Origin: Antedon mediterranea
Taxonomy: Eukaryota > Animalia > Echinodermata
Direction of reading: 5' to 3'
NCBI RefSeq assembly: GCF_964355755.1
Contig: NC_092670.1
Location: forward strand, 9,538,201-9,602,200
Length of the DNA stretch: 64,000 nt
The notes under the pieces: generated by a model
Database searches by the model: none
Told to the model about the DNA's origin: nothing
What the model saw: only the letters and a program-made list of their open reading frames with translations
Part shown: positions 25,451-38,400 of the stretch, one piece after another
Layout: each line of letters opens with the position of its first letter
How positions within the stretch are numbered: the first letter of the stretch is position 1
Position numbers and translations under genes: made by a program

Positions 25451-26356
25451 CTTGAGAAGAATAAACAGATTATAATAGTACAACTATCCTACAATGTACT
25501 CGGTGTATCCATTTCTTGCTTTCATTTTTTCCCTTTGAACTTCTTTAATAGATTGTTTGTTATGGTAACTTAAATCCTTTCTTTCATTTAAAAAAAATCA
25601 ATTATGTTATTTTTCATACAATATTTATTGAATGCTCACTGGTTAAACTCAGTGGGCTACAGAGCTTAAGGGGCCCTCTAGAATGTGTGCAGCCTAATGG
25701 AAATTACTCAGCGTTGGAGGGCCCCCCTAGCTTAGGAGTGCTAAACCACTGGGGGGGGGGGTGCCTTCACCCCCTGCGTTTATGCCTTGGCCTGTTGAAA
25801 ACTGGACTTCTCTTTTATTTGCGCTACTAAAGTAGAATCCTTTTATTTGATTGAGACAGCAATAAATATTACAATTACAATTACAGCCAGAAAATAGAAT
25901 GGCAATCATAATGATGACAATTTTATTGCCAAAGTTATATCAATTCAACCATGGAGGTATAAACCTCCATGATTCAACAAAGCAAAAACCAAATGATTAC
26001 TTTATTATTAATATTAATAATAGTAATACAGTTAACACAACATAAATAAATGGTTCGTCATTGTTTTATTATTTAATATAACTCATTGTATTATGAATCA
26101 AATGTAGGCTGGCAATATTTATGACAGAACGCAATAATTTAATTTCTAATCACGCTAGGCCCCAGTGAGTTCACAAACGATAGTACAATGCAGTTTATCA
26201 ACAATCCACCACGCGCCCTTTGTGAGGTCTAACCGACCTTTTGTTTAGCTAACCAACCGAGACAAAGAATGTCTAGGCCTAGGCCTAGAGATGAACCCGA
26301 TTTTGAAGCTCTCTGTACACAAAAATAGAAATGAAAAAACAGGTTATTTTTCTTAC

Positions 26357-26467
26357 CGGATATCCTCCTGGGAACTGCCTCATCGGGGAACCAGATGGAG
26401 GTTGTGGAGTTGGAAATCTTGGTTGTGGAATTGGACCATTTCCCGACATGAACGGATTGGCGGCCAT
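26357..26467 (-). CDS. Pro/Gly-rich first coding exon (MAANPFMSGNGPIPQPRFPTPQPPSGSPMRQFPGGYP), possibly a SMARCD/BAF60-like N-terminus
   Basis: AAAATGGCCGCC start context (Kozak/YY1-like), GC-rich codons, strong donor CCG|gtaaga. The family resemblance is from memory and unverified. Confidence 0.6.
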
Positions 26468-26777
26468 TTTGAAAAAGTGAACACTTTGGCCAAGACCATT
26501 AAGTTTTAGGGGTGTTTCATAAAACGAGGCAGACGATAGCCTCGTTTTCGTGTATTGCGTTTTCCTTTTTAAAGGTATCAGTACTGTATTAATATCATCC
26601 CCTCTCGGTCCCTCGCTTTTTGTGAATATACGGTACACATTGTTATATTATTGCAGTAATTGTCTGCCGTAGGCCTAAAATAATTTCAAACCATGTACTA
26701 TTTGACTGTGTTTGACCATGAATAAATGAATGATATGTAATTTTTACACAATTCGTCCCATATATTCTCTCAATGTT

Positions 26778-26835
26778 CTTATAAGATAAGATAAGATAAG
26801 ATAACTTTTATTGATCCTCAAAAAGGAAATTCATT
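26778..26835 (-). mobile_element. LINE 3' tail remnant with (TTATC)n
   Basis: AATTTCC...GGATCAATAAAAG followed by a pentanucleotide repeat on the - strand. Confidence 0.45.
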
Positions 26836-27626
26836 GCTCGTCATAATAACAAAGAAAACACTATAAAAACAAATATAGCATCTTCTTTTTTTCTTTCATA
26901 GTAAACAAAAACAGAAAAGACATTATTTTTATTGCTGTGTAGTTATTTTATTCAGAAAACTAAAAAACAAATGCTCTACAGGAATTGTTGACCCAAATCT
27001 AATAAGCTTTTCAAAAATTAGACGATGTACATTCTTAAGCATAATATATATATTTATACTAACTTCACCATAGATCCCTTGTAAAATAATATATATATAC
27101 AAAAATATGTCTTCTTGATATTATTTGCTTGATGAGTCAAACTATATTCGCACACACTCAACTTTATATTTGCTATATAAAAATTTGAGAATAAATTTAA
27201 TATACAATTTACTGCATTTTGTTGACATTTAAAATATCATTTTTGCTGCCTACATTACTATATTTAATTACAGGCATTAATAATTATATAATTTATGTAT
27301 GTCTACTCATATATCATGATTACCAAGCTTAAATCATTTATTGATTGGTAGGCCGAGAGTACCAAATGAATGAAGGAAAATGGTGAAGAGTCTTGAGGCG
27401 CAGGTAGCTTATGTTAGCAATATAGTACATTTCTTTTTTAAAGTAACAAAACAAAAAAATGTATTAGGCAGGAAAGGCCCTTTAGGCCGGATAAAAAAAA
27501 TTCATGCCTTATATGAAATGTAAAAGGGATGTGAAACTCATAATAAAATGATTTTCTTTATCTGACCTTAAATCCTCTATCCACAGTGACGTATATAGAG
27601 GTAAAAACTGTAAGCATATTCGTTAA

Positions 27627-27979
27627 AGATGTATTGTCCCCCAAAAACATGAAAGGTGAAGATTAATTAAGCAGACTTTGAATAAGTTATTTTGTATTTT
27701 TTAGTTATTCACTTTCGTAGAAGAAAAAAAAAATGTTTCACTTATAAAATGAAAAAATAAGTTAAATTCAACCACAAACCCATTGGCTGGCAGCCAATTT
27801 GACACCATTTTGTTTGGTTTTTCTTTTTGCTTTTAAAATTACAGTTTTTTTCAGGTAAATAATTTTATTTTCTTTTGATCCCATTTTTAGTCAAAGTGGA
27901 TAATTATCATGTGACATTAAAATGGCATATTCAACAAAAACAATTGTAAGAATAATTTTATGAGGTGGACAATACATCT
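27627..27979. mobile_element. Non-autonomous DNA transposon with TTAA target duplication (Kolobok-like); partial copies near 24990-25112 and 46700-46820
   Basis: TTAA|AGATGTATTGTCC...GGACAATACATCT|TTAA, perfect 13-bp terminal inverted repeat. Confidence 0.75.
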
Positions 27980-28367
27980 TTAAGATAATGACACTCATTG
28001 ACTATGACGATCATTAATATCGTCAATTGCATCAAACAATTATCAAAACAAATTATCATTATCCTACAAATATGTTTGGTTGCCCTTTAAATATATTTTA
28101 TATATTTATAATATATAATATTGATACTTAATTATTTCTCACTCTTGGTGTACAGTGTTACTGTACATTCATACATTTTCTGTTCATAAACATTCACCTG
28201 ATAGTTGCATACACATATTTAAAGGCTTGTCTGAACACATCCCTTTATCGTAACAAACACTATTGTATTCTCTACTAGTACCTGTTCATACCAGGGAGTT
28301 GTTAAGCTGTACATAGTATATAGTTGTATATGTTCACCTGATGTCAATTACATACAGTAAACCCAAC

Positions 28368-28460
28368 GGGAAACCCACCTGCCCTGGGAAACCCACCTGC
28401 CCTGGGAAACCCACCTGCCCTGGGAAACCCACCTGCCCTGGGAAACCCACCTGCCCTGGG
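28368..28460. repeat. Perfect 18-bp tandem repeat x5 (GGGAAACCCACCTGCCCT)
   Basis: Directly visible. Confidence 0.97.
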
Positions 28461-28893
28461 AGTTCACTTTCCCCAATGAGTCCACCCGGTCTAGGTCCTC
28501 CTAATTGAGAATATTAAGCTCATCATTTCACTTCACAATTTCTTACCAACATACAGCTAATGGAATTTTAAAAACTTAAATGATTTGTTATATAAAAGAA
28601 AGTTTATTTTATATTTGTAACTATAATGTACATATCTTTATGTTTAATTGATTTTTAGTTATTGCCTTAAATAATCAAACAATTAAAAAATAAATAAAAT
28701 TCCTTAAAAAAACTGGATCAGTAAAAAGAAATATTCTTTGCGGCTTTTGCACATATGGTACACAAGCTATAAATGTTATATATACACATAAGCTTCTCCT
28801 TCACAAACTAATATTAATAATATTATTGTATTTCTTTTTAATACATATACAATTCTGTCCAGAAATAGTATAAATTATGGTTGATACAAAATG

Positions 28894-29314
28894 CAGTAGA
28901 ATCCCTTCTTTGGGACACGCCTAATCAGGCGGGAACAATTACGTCCCCTAATCAAGGGACGCTCCTATTAAGAGGACTTAAAATAGGGGCAATATATGTT
29001 AACACTATGAATAACCTATAATCTGGGGACACCTCTATTAAGAGGACACGAAATAGGGGCAATATATGTTTAACACTATGAATAACCCATAATCTGGGGA
29101 CACCTCTATTAAGAGGACACGAAATAGGGGCAATATATGTTAACACTATGAATAACCTATAATCTGGGGACACCTCTATTAAGAGGACTTAAAATAGGGG
29201 CAATGTTAACACTATGAATAACCTATAATCTGGGGACACCTCGATTAAGAGGACACGAAATAGGGGCAATATATGTTGTGTTCTAAAGGTGTCCCCTTAA
29301 TAGAGGTTCTAATG
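28894..29314. mobile_element. Same MITE family with an internal about 70-bp tandem repeat (about 4.5 copies)
   Basis: CAGTAGAATCCC start, GGTGTCCCCTTAATAGAGGTTCTAATG end; units recur at about 28961, 29031, 29102, 29172 and 29238. Confidence 0.8.
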
Positions 29315-30599
29315 TAGTAACATTTACACTAGTAAGTACAAAGGAATAATTATCATATATACCATTATATCCCATACTTTTCACTAATGAGTTTTTTGTG
29401 CAAATACATTGACTCCTCAGTAGTAAAACGTACATCTAGATTTGAAAGACTTAACATTAAAAAAAAGACTGAAGTTACAAAAATGTACATAAATGGCAAA
29501 TGTATTCTAAAAGATAAAAATAAATTGAAAATGGTTTATAACAGAGATAATTAACAATACTATTCAAAAACCTTTGCATAATTAAATCATTATGGCAATT
29601 CATCTATATTTTGAATATGATCATCAAAATAAAACTTCCATTTACATACGTTAGATAAATTATCGTACCTTTGTTAATGACACTCACAAAATAGCACCCA
29701 ACAACAATAATGCCATACATAAATGGTTATGACAATAAACAATTAGAAGCCATTTTGTGTCAAGTATACAGTCTGCACCGATGCTCTACATCAGGTGCAT
29801 TCCACACCTAATTTAACATATTATTACTGTGCTTGCATTCACACTTAGTTCTCACTTGGATACATGGCAACAACATAGGCTCATTTCAAGTGAGTTGACC
29901 AATCACAAGCAATGGATTCGAACCATCTCTTGTCATTGGTCAACGCGATTACATTGCTCTTACATCTATGCATTACACCTCCCAGTGGGAACCAAGTTTA
30001 GGATTGGGCCCCACTTAGAACAAACACAATTCTGCAGACTCAATACAAGTGAGTTGACCAATCACAAGCCAGATTTTGAGTAATACTTGGATAGTGATTG
30101 GTCAAGTGGAAATAAACTTTTAACAAAGGGAGACACACCTAAACATTTAAATATTTGAATATTGAAATACTTTTTAAGGGAAATATGTCATTTTAAGTAT
30201 CAAATTGTGATTGGTGAATATGACAATGCAACCAGCTTGTGGTAATATGACTGGTCACTGATGATATTTGAAACGTTACCATAAATACTTAAAACAACCC
30301 ATCATGCATATCTTTAATAAATTCTTTTTTAAGTAACGATTATTAACAGATTAATTGATTTGGTGCAGCATTTGAAAAAATTTTTATGAGCCATTTAAAA
30401 CCATATTCTTGCTATTTATTTATACAGTAGGCTAGACACTCATTTAGTTTTCATACAACGTATAATATTTTCCTGTAATATGACTACAATTGACTGTGAT
30501 ATTTTATTGAGGGTTAATACATTTAATATTTGAGAATTTTTTATATTTACTGTTTGGTATTTTGAATACTTTAAGTATTACATTAAAAAATTCTAAATA

Positions 30600-30740
30600 C
30601 AGTAGAGTGAAGGGACACTTTCTTGTTAAACGAAAACGGAGTAATATATGTCTTATGCCAACACTAGAAAGGGAACAGCCCTATTAAGGGGACACTCTGG
30701 AAGGTCCTGAAGGTGTCCCCTTAATAGGGGTTCTATTTTA
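30600..30740. mobile_element. Short copy of the same MITE family (other fragments near 5566, 8110, 20250, 41497, 42557, 43975, 62625)
   Basis: TACAGTAGA...CTATTAAGGGGACAC...GGTGTCCCCTTAATAGGGGTTCTA. Confidence 0.6.
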
Positions 30741-32303
30741 CCCCCATTTACATTATTGTTCTATACAGTCTAGATACAAGCCCATTCCAGGACCATACAT
30801 TTGTTTTACCAAATATATGGGTTGTCTATACCCATATAGGGCATTTTCCATAAAACTGACCTCATATTTGGGAATGGGCTTTTATCACAGAATGTATAAA
30901 AGGTTTTATTTACAGTAAATAGTATATTAAAATTAGATGTTTTAATTAAAATTAACAGGCATCTAATTCTAGATTGCAAATTGAACTAAAAAATTGGATA
31001 ATAAATAAAAACAATAATGTTTCCCCAACAACTAAAGACCCTTTATTCAAGGACTCACTCAAAATCACTTTCCTGTGGCTTCCATTAAGTGATTCTAATT
31101 TGGGACCAATACTGCTATAAAACAACTACAACCCTCATTTTATAAACTGTGTTTAACTGAAGATATGTAGATAACAATAATACTAATCATTACAATAATA
31201 TACAATTATATAAAAGGCAATAAAATAAATGTTTGTAAATAATAATAATAATATAATATAATTAAATTATTTGCTATAGTAGATGTCAAAGGTGTTTTTA
31301 ATAAGACACAGTATCATTGGTTGATTAACTACATCACATATTGGAGGTAAAAAAATAAGACCACATTTATCAGGCCAGACCACACCTTCTCCCCACACCC
31401 GACCAAAGCTTTTAAATGATAAACAACAGAACAGAACCAACTCCTTCCCCGTTTACGACCCCGCATACAGGCTTGCCATAAGTACCATAGGATTGGTTTG
31501 TTTTTATCAGGGAGAAAAAATGTCTGAAATCTATCTTTACAATATTTTATTTCTATAACGAACTAAAGCATACATGTGACAAAGGGTAGACAGTTTTTAA
31601 TTTATTAAAGACCCAAGATTAATTCTTTGTTTAGCTCTCATTAAATAATCCAGATAACTATTTGTTTTTACTCTTTCTACATAACATAAAAAAGTATAAC
31701 AGGCGTGTACCAGTGGCGTAACACAGAGGCCCCTGGTTAAGGAATCCTAAGTGGCTCTCTAACACTGGAGACCTCGGGTGTTTTTGACATATTTTATTGC
31801 CTGTTTTTTTCTCTGGGCACTTCTCAGGGGCTCCCATAAACTGTGAATAACAAGCCCCAGACAATGTGTGCATAGTGTTTTGCAGAAAGAAAAGATAGGA
31901 CATTAGGTAAACTTACAATATTTAGGGTCCAACCCCCTATTTCGAAGCCCTGCCACTGCTTGCGTTAATAACAAATCTTGCAATTGAACACCACAGCAGA
32001 CACGCAATCAAAATCAAATTTATGCTATTTATTTGATCTTAATTGTAGTGGAAAATAATAATATCGCAATTTTTTTCCAAAACAATTAATTTTGCTTAGT
32101 GGAAGTTAGCCATTACAGGATTTGATGAAACTGATATAATAATAATAATTATTGTGAATTAATTATTTCTGAATATAAACTTGCAATTGACAAGCGCCAA
32201 GACTAGACTATTAAAACATTAGTACTTTGAAATACAAAAATAGTTTTTGTTAATTAAAAATAAAAATTTAATTATAAACATAGAATTCCTTATAGATGAA
32301 ATA

Positions 32304-32475
32304 CTAAAATACATTTTTCATTTCATTTAAAAGAATTTCTATGACTTGGTTCTGGTACATAAGATTTGCAGCAACATTTCCAATGGCGTCCTCTTGTGGC
32401 CACATCAATGTTGGTCCTAAAACTGTCGCCAGATTATGTACTGTCATATTGTTCACTTCTGCTTTTGCCGCCACT
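32304..32475 (-). CDS. ARHGAP12: RhoGAP last coding exon (NNMTVHNLATVLGPTLM...stop)
   Basis: NxMxxxNLAxVxGPTL motif; TAG at 32304. Confidence 0.95.
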
Positions 32476-35400
32476 CTACAATGTAGATAAATCAACACAT
32501 TTAAAATAAACAACAAATTAATTTCAAAACGCACAACATACTGCAGGTTTTAATCATTATCAATATTAGAGAGTTTTAATTTAAGTGGAGGTGCCGTCCG
32601 TCCGTCCGTAAATAGGTGGCAAATTCTAGCAGTATAATGGGAGACTTTATAAAATCATGGCTGTTGTATATCTTCTTACTATAAACTGTAACTGTATATA
32701 AAGATGCTAACACGTTAAATTATTCCATCTAATAGCAACTAAATTCAACATGAGGTTAACAGTATAACACTTGTATGGACTCTGTGTATCTGTTATTGCT
32801 GTCCTCAATATACTACAATGGCCAAACCTAGTGTTTAAAAAAGTCTTGGAAAACAAAATGTGTGCCAGGGTCTTTCTAAGCGTGGCATATCTCGATGTAA
32901 CATAACAATTACAATATGATGATCACCTGATCTGCTGGTTGTGATTAATCAACTCATTTGAGTTGTGGTTATGCATTGTTGTGTTGCATCCAAGTGGGTT
33001 TATTAAGGTGGAAAATGTGTTTTCTAATTTTGTTAAATAATAAATATTGGTATAATTACCTGACTAAATGTTCAAAGAATAACTTCATTGTAGCATAATT
33101 GCAAGGAGGCAGCCTTCTTACTAACTCGCGTATATTTCTGATACGAGATTTTCGGTCTGGCGCTTCTAAAAAAAAAAAAGAATATACAATTTTATTTTTA
33201 AAAATTCAGCAAAGCAGAGCAACTTTATTCAAAATTACATTTTTAGTTTTTATGGTAATTTTTTTCATTAATAATAATAGTGTATTTATTAAAATCATTT
33301 TCATAGAAAAAAACACAAACACAATAGATTTTTATATAAAAAAATTACTACAATGTACACAATGATTTACTTATGACATGTCATTAAGGAGGAGGGTAAT
33401 ATTTAAATTTTTTTTTATAATTAGAAATATCATACACAACAAGTTCCTCATTTAAATACACAAGTTTCCGAGTTAATCCATGACCTAAATTGGTATATTT
33501 TATTCTTTTGCCTTTTAGAGTTTAAAACTAATTTACTTTACGTTTTATTTATATCTCCTGCCCCAGTACCGTTTTGATTACGATCATGGAGGAAATTACC
33601 TCACGACTATTTAATCAACTGTAGTAGATTTGCACTAGACAGTTTTACAGGAAAAAAGAGAAGACTTACTGAGTGCAGTAATGAAACTGTTGTACATCTG
33701 ACATGGAATTAATGGATCTGGAAGTTCACGAAAGAACAACTTTAACGCACCAGAAATCACATGTATATCATCGAAAGGAGGATTATCCATGTTAACTTCG
33801 TGTTCTAAATTAAAATATGAAGAAAAAAAAATCAATAGCAGTAGAATCTTCTCTTTATTTTAAATAAATAATGCTAAATTGTGTACAAGTGGACAAGCCA
33901 AGACAACAATTTTCTTATCTACTCATGTGGGTCTTGTGATTTTTCATCAGTTGTTGAAAAAAACTGTGTCAATCAAGGAAGCAAATCACAAATTTACATT
34001 CCAAGATTTGTTCCACCACAAGAACTCTGGACAAGAACAGCCTTGAATGACAGGGCCGTAGCCATCAGTACAGTTGGTAAGGTTCCAACCTGACCACTTT
34101 TTCACAGAGGCATTTGACAATCCAGTGACTTGAACAGAGATCTTCCCTTGCGAAAATCAGACTACTTAATTTCTTGTGTCTAACATCATTGAATGGTGAT
34201 GTCTTAATAACCACTCAGGCACTTGACTTAAGACATTATATATCAATTAAAATTGCCTCTTACCATAATCAATCTCACATCGTAGTTTTTGTACCAATGA
34301 TAAGTTAGCGGACAATCTGTATATCCCTACGACGTTTAAACCTTTCCTGTCGATAGTTGAGATACACGCTTCAACAAACTTTGGAATTGTTGTGCCTTCT
34401 TTCTCGCATAATTTATCAAGTCTCTTACCAAAAACATTCTCCTCTGTTGGGAAAAAATACAAGATTATGTTGATGATAGTCAGGAGTAGAACTACTTCTA
34501 CATATCTATATTTAACAACACTATAGTATACAAATAATGAATGTTTATTAGTGTAATGGTACAAATAATGGCATGAGGTAAATGATGAAATTTTATACAC
34601 TATATCAACGAGGCAAAGCCGAGTTGATATTTAACCGTTCATCATTCACCAAATGCCATTTTTTTTACCATAACACGAACAAAAAAAACCATCATCATAA
34701 CATTCAAATAGCGGCGAAAGTACAAAATAGGTGGCACTGTTGTATTTCAAAAGCAATAGTATAAACGCGAAAGATTTTTTTCCCTACACGAAAAAAAGTA
34801 CTATTGAACGATCGTTTAAACGATCGTTTAATAGTGCATACTATTGCACACCATCAATCAAATGACAGGAATTTATTTAGGTGTTATACAATATATGTTA
34901 CCATTTCCCCAATTTAAAAATACTTGAACCGCCCCTGATAGTGTACACAAATATGTATGCTCTTTATTCAAGTAGGCACGAAGAAAATATACCAATAACA
35001 AGGACTTTGCTAGAATAATAATTACCACATATTTACCTTTAAGAATCCCTTTTTTCTCTAATTCAGTCTTAGTCGGCCTCCTTAAAATACTGAAATATAA
35101 TCTATTTTTAATTTTCTTCTTGTCAGTGGCTATAAAAAATAATACAAACATTATAAACCTTGATTAAAAATACTGTTTAATTGTCACTAACCTCTTGTGT
35201 ACATTGATCAGGTAAATCTATAATCAGGGCACCCTGGTAAAACTCACTCACAGTCTTAGCATCCAATATGCACCATCAAATACTGACAATCTTGGCATGG
35301 CACCCTCGATGACAACTGTCCCATGTCCTGTGTCAGGCTTAAACTCACAGGTTAGGTAAAACATGCAGAACTGGCAGTTATAATGGCTACCCAACCATGA

Positions 35401-38400
35401 AAGTGAGTACACTAACATGGCACACTGGGTGCACACAGAATACAGACTTGCCAACCCCTGGGTACACACAGAATGGCTCTTGGTCTTAACTACCCATATG
35501 AGTCCAGAGAATTTTTTGTAACATCTGAAAAACTTACTTTTTCTAGATTCTCTTCTGTTAAGTATGTGTGGTTGATCCTCAGATGGTTCTTCATCGAAAA
35601 TGGTGTGACCAGGAGGGGACTGGAAATGCAATTTAAAAAAAATGATATACAGCAAATCACAAGTGTAAGGAAAAAAAGTCATATACACATTGTTTATTGC
35701 AGTCCCTGCCTCATAACAAATATTTCGTTTTCACGGCGCTCCACAAGACTATGTGCCAACTGATTTGCATTGTCGTTCGACTTCATTTGTGGGCACCGGG
35801 GGACCGGAACAGGTGTGAAAGACCCTTAAATCAGGATGACATCCTACTAGTTCTATCATTTTGTTATGGAAACCACAAGAGTAGCCCTGTCCTAGTGATT
35901 TTTGTACAAAAGATTAGAGATTTTACTGTGTAATTTGAACTATCCCTATCTATTCAACAAGCTTGTGTAACACAAATAAAATCCAAACAATTACGAAACA
36001 TAGGGGAAACTATAGATCGATAATTATTGGAATGTATGATCAATAGAAATTGTTTGCCCGCACCTGGCCTTTAAATCCGGCTAATGACATCCTACTAGTT
36101 GGTAGTTGGTATGGAAACCACAAGAGTAGCCTTGTCCTAGTGATACAACAATATTTAGGGGGTATCTAGGTCAGGAAGTATCTAGGTCAGGTGGTATCTA
36201 GGTCAGGTGGTATCTAGGTAATGTGATTTTCTCATCTCCCCCCTCCCCCACTTAGATCTGCCTATGAAAGTCCCCTTCATATTATTAACTCACCAATTTG
36301 CTAATTTTTCTTTTGATGGTTTCATGCCATCCATCAGTTTCCTGTGATTTTTCAGAGTACAGGATAACTTCACTTCCAGTGTTAGATGTAAGCTAAAACA
36401 ACAGAAAATTTAATTACTGTAAAATTAGTACTTTTCTGATTTCATGTTTTCTGAGTCTTTATACAATACGTAAGCTACTGAAGAACTAGGTATAACAATT
36501 CAAGCATGATGTTTGTTACGAATAACGTTTCCCCATTTTATGAATATTGGAGGAGTCCCATTCATAGTTTTAAGAGCAGAGTTCATGACAGTTAGTCCAA
36601 TAGTCCAAAAAAACCATAGTTAATGTACTTCCACAATCCAACCTGCATTAGTGTTGATGGTCATATAGGATATTTTCGGTTGTTTTTGTGGAAGATGCTA
36701 TTGTTAATTTCCTGATGACATTTTTTCTCTTTTTGTTTTTTATGTATTGTATATGGATGTACTATTCGAAATAAAGGAAACAAATGAATCAATGAATACT
36801 GGTGAAAATGAAAACAAATTTAGGATTTAAACTATTTCTGACTCCGCAGTCAGTCAACTATACTTACATAAAAGGCATTCTTGCCTTTGGGTTTGAAGTC
36901 CTTATCCACTGGCTTTAATGTTGCCTCAACCAACGCAATGCTACTCTCAGGGCGACCCAGACTTCCACTTTTTCCCTGTAAAAAAATTCAGTCAGTAGAG
37001 TTTACGTTAGTTGTATTTTTTCAGCACCAGTAATTTTATATCTCAGAAGACATAGTCAATGCATAAACTGTTTTTATGCCAGTTTTTTTAAGTGGGTGCA
37101 TGTGTGACAATGTACTAGAAGGCAATTGGCCGAGTGAGTCATATGGCCGAGCGGTTAAGGCAGGGGCGCCGTTTACCGTACCTAAAGAGCCAACAACAAC
37201 ATCGGCAAGGGTTCGAGGCCGACTCGCTCCTAGTTCTGGTGGTGGAACAAGTCTTCTCGGATAAGGACTATAAACCGTAGGTCCAGTGTACACAGTTATA
37301 ACATGTGTGTATTTTAAAGAACCCAGTCCATTATTCGAAAAAGAGTAGGGGGTTACCCCGGTGAACTGGTTCACACAATAGCCCCTGTATCAGGGGGATT
37401 ACCACCTATCTGATAGGACAGTGATTAATTCACTATTGGTAATCCTTGGCCACATTGCCTAAAGACATAAAATAAAAAATAAATAAATAATAAGCTAGCC
37501 AGTGGCCGTATTCACCATTCACAGGAAGGGAACACCATATCCTATCTAAGTGATTACAATTTCTATTTAAAGGAAACTCTATTTATTGAGTTTAGTGAAA
37601 TACTTATTATTTAAATGAAATTTTTCACTTAATTGTGATTGGTGAATATGGCCACAGGTCTGCATGTGTCGCTAGCAGTTGTTTAAACGATTAAGGGGCG
37701 TAGACGAGTGAATGTCAACAGCAAGATTGTCCCATTCAAGTGTACCTTTATATGCAAGGCTACGTTTTTCATATTCAGTCTTAGGTAAAGGCAGAGCAAC
37801 ATTTTCAAGTTTAAGATAATTTACAATTTGCATTTCAGACAATAAAATTTATAGTTAATCAAGCCATGAATATAAAAGTTTATAAATCAAACCGGCCGTT
37901 ACCTCATACATTTGTTGATCTTTGTAAATAACAATTGAAGAGTGCGTAAGTACCACGTACACCTTCGACACTTTGTTTTTACTTTTTCGGTTAAAATCCT
38001 TCATCCTCAAACAAAACATGTAACCAGACTTTTCCACAAGTGTCGGCGGCGAGTCCTCTTCCACCCGACGATCAATATTATATGCGGAGACACTCTGAGG
38101 AAGCTGTCGAATACAAACATAATATTGTAATTGTGTCAATGTAAATGTAACATTGGCTCCCATGTTCCTTGTAAACGTAGGGAAATGAGCTGTCCATTTC
38201 ATTGCTAACTAGCTTATTCTCTATAGGCATTCATTTACAGCTGAGTGGACTATACTATGTTTACAAAATGGCATACAAATATTATGTGACTATTTAAGGT
38301 TATATTCAGACACAAAACTTTGGCAATTCCAGTCCTTAATACAATACAAGTATCCCGTCCGTTTCAGACCTCTTTGGGACTCTAGTGCTCGGTCATATAC

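Noticed and set aside
28955-29280. Regular repeat with ORF 28952..29173
   Set aside because: Tandem 70-bp units inside a MITE with no unique spacers; the ORF is repeat-derived
37036-37374. ORFs of 112 and 62 aa
   Set aside because: They lie over the SINE
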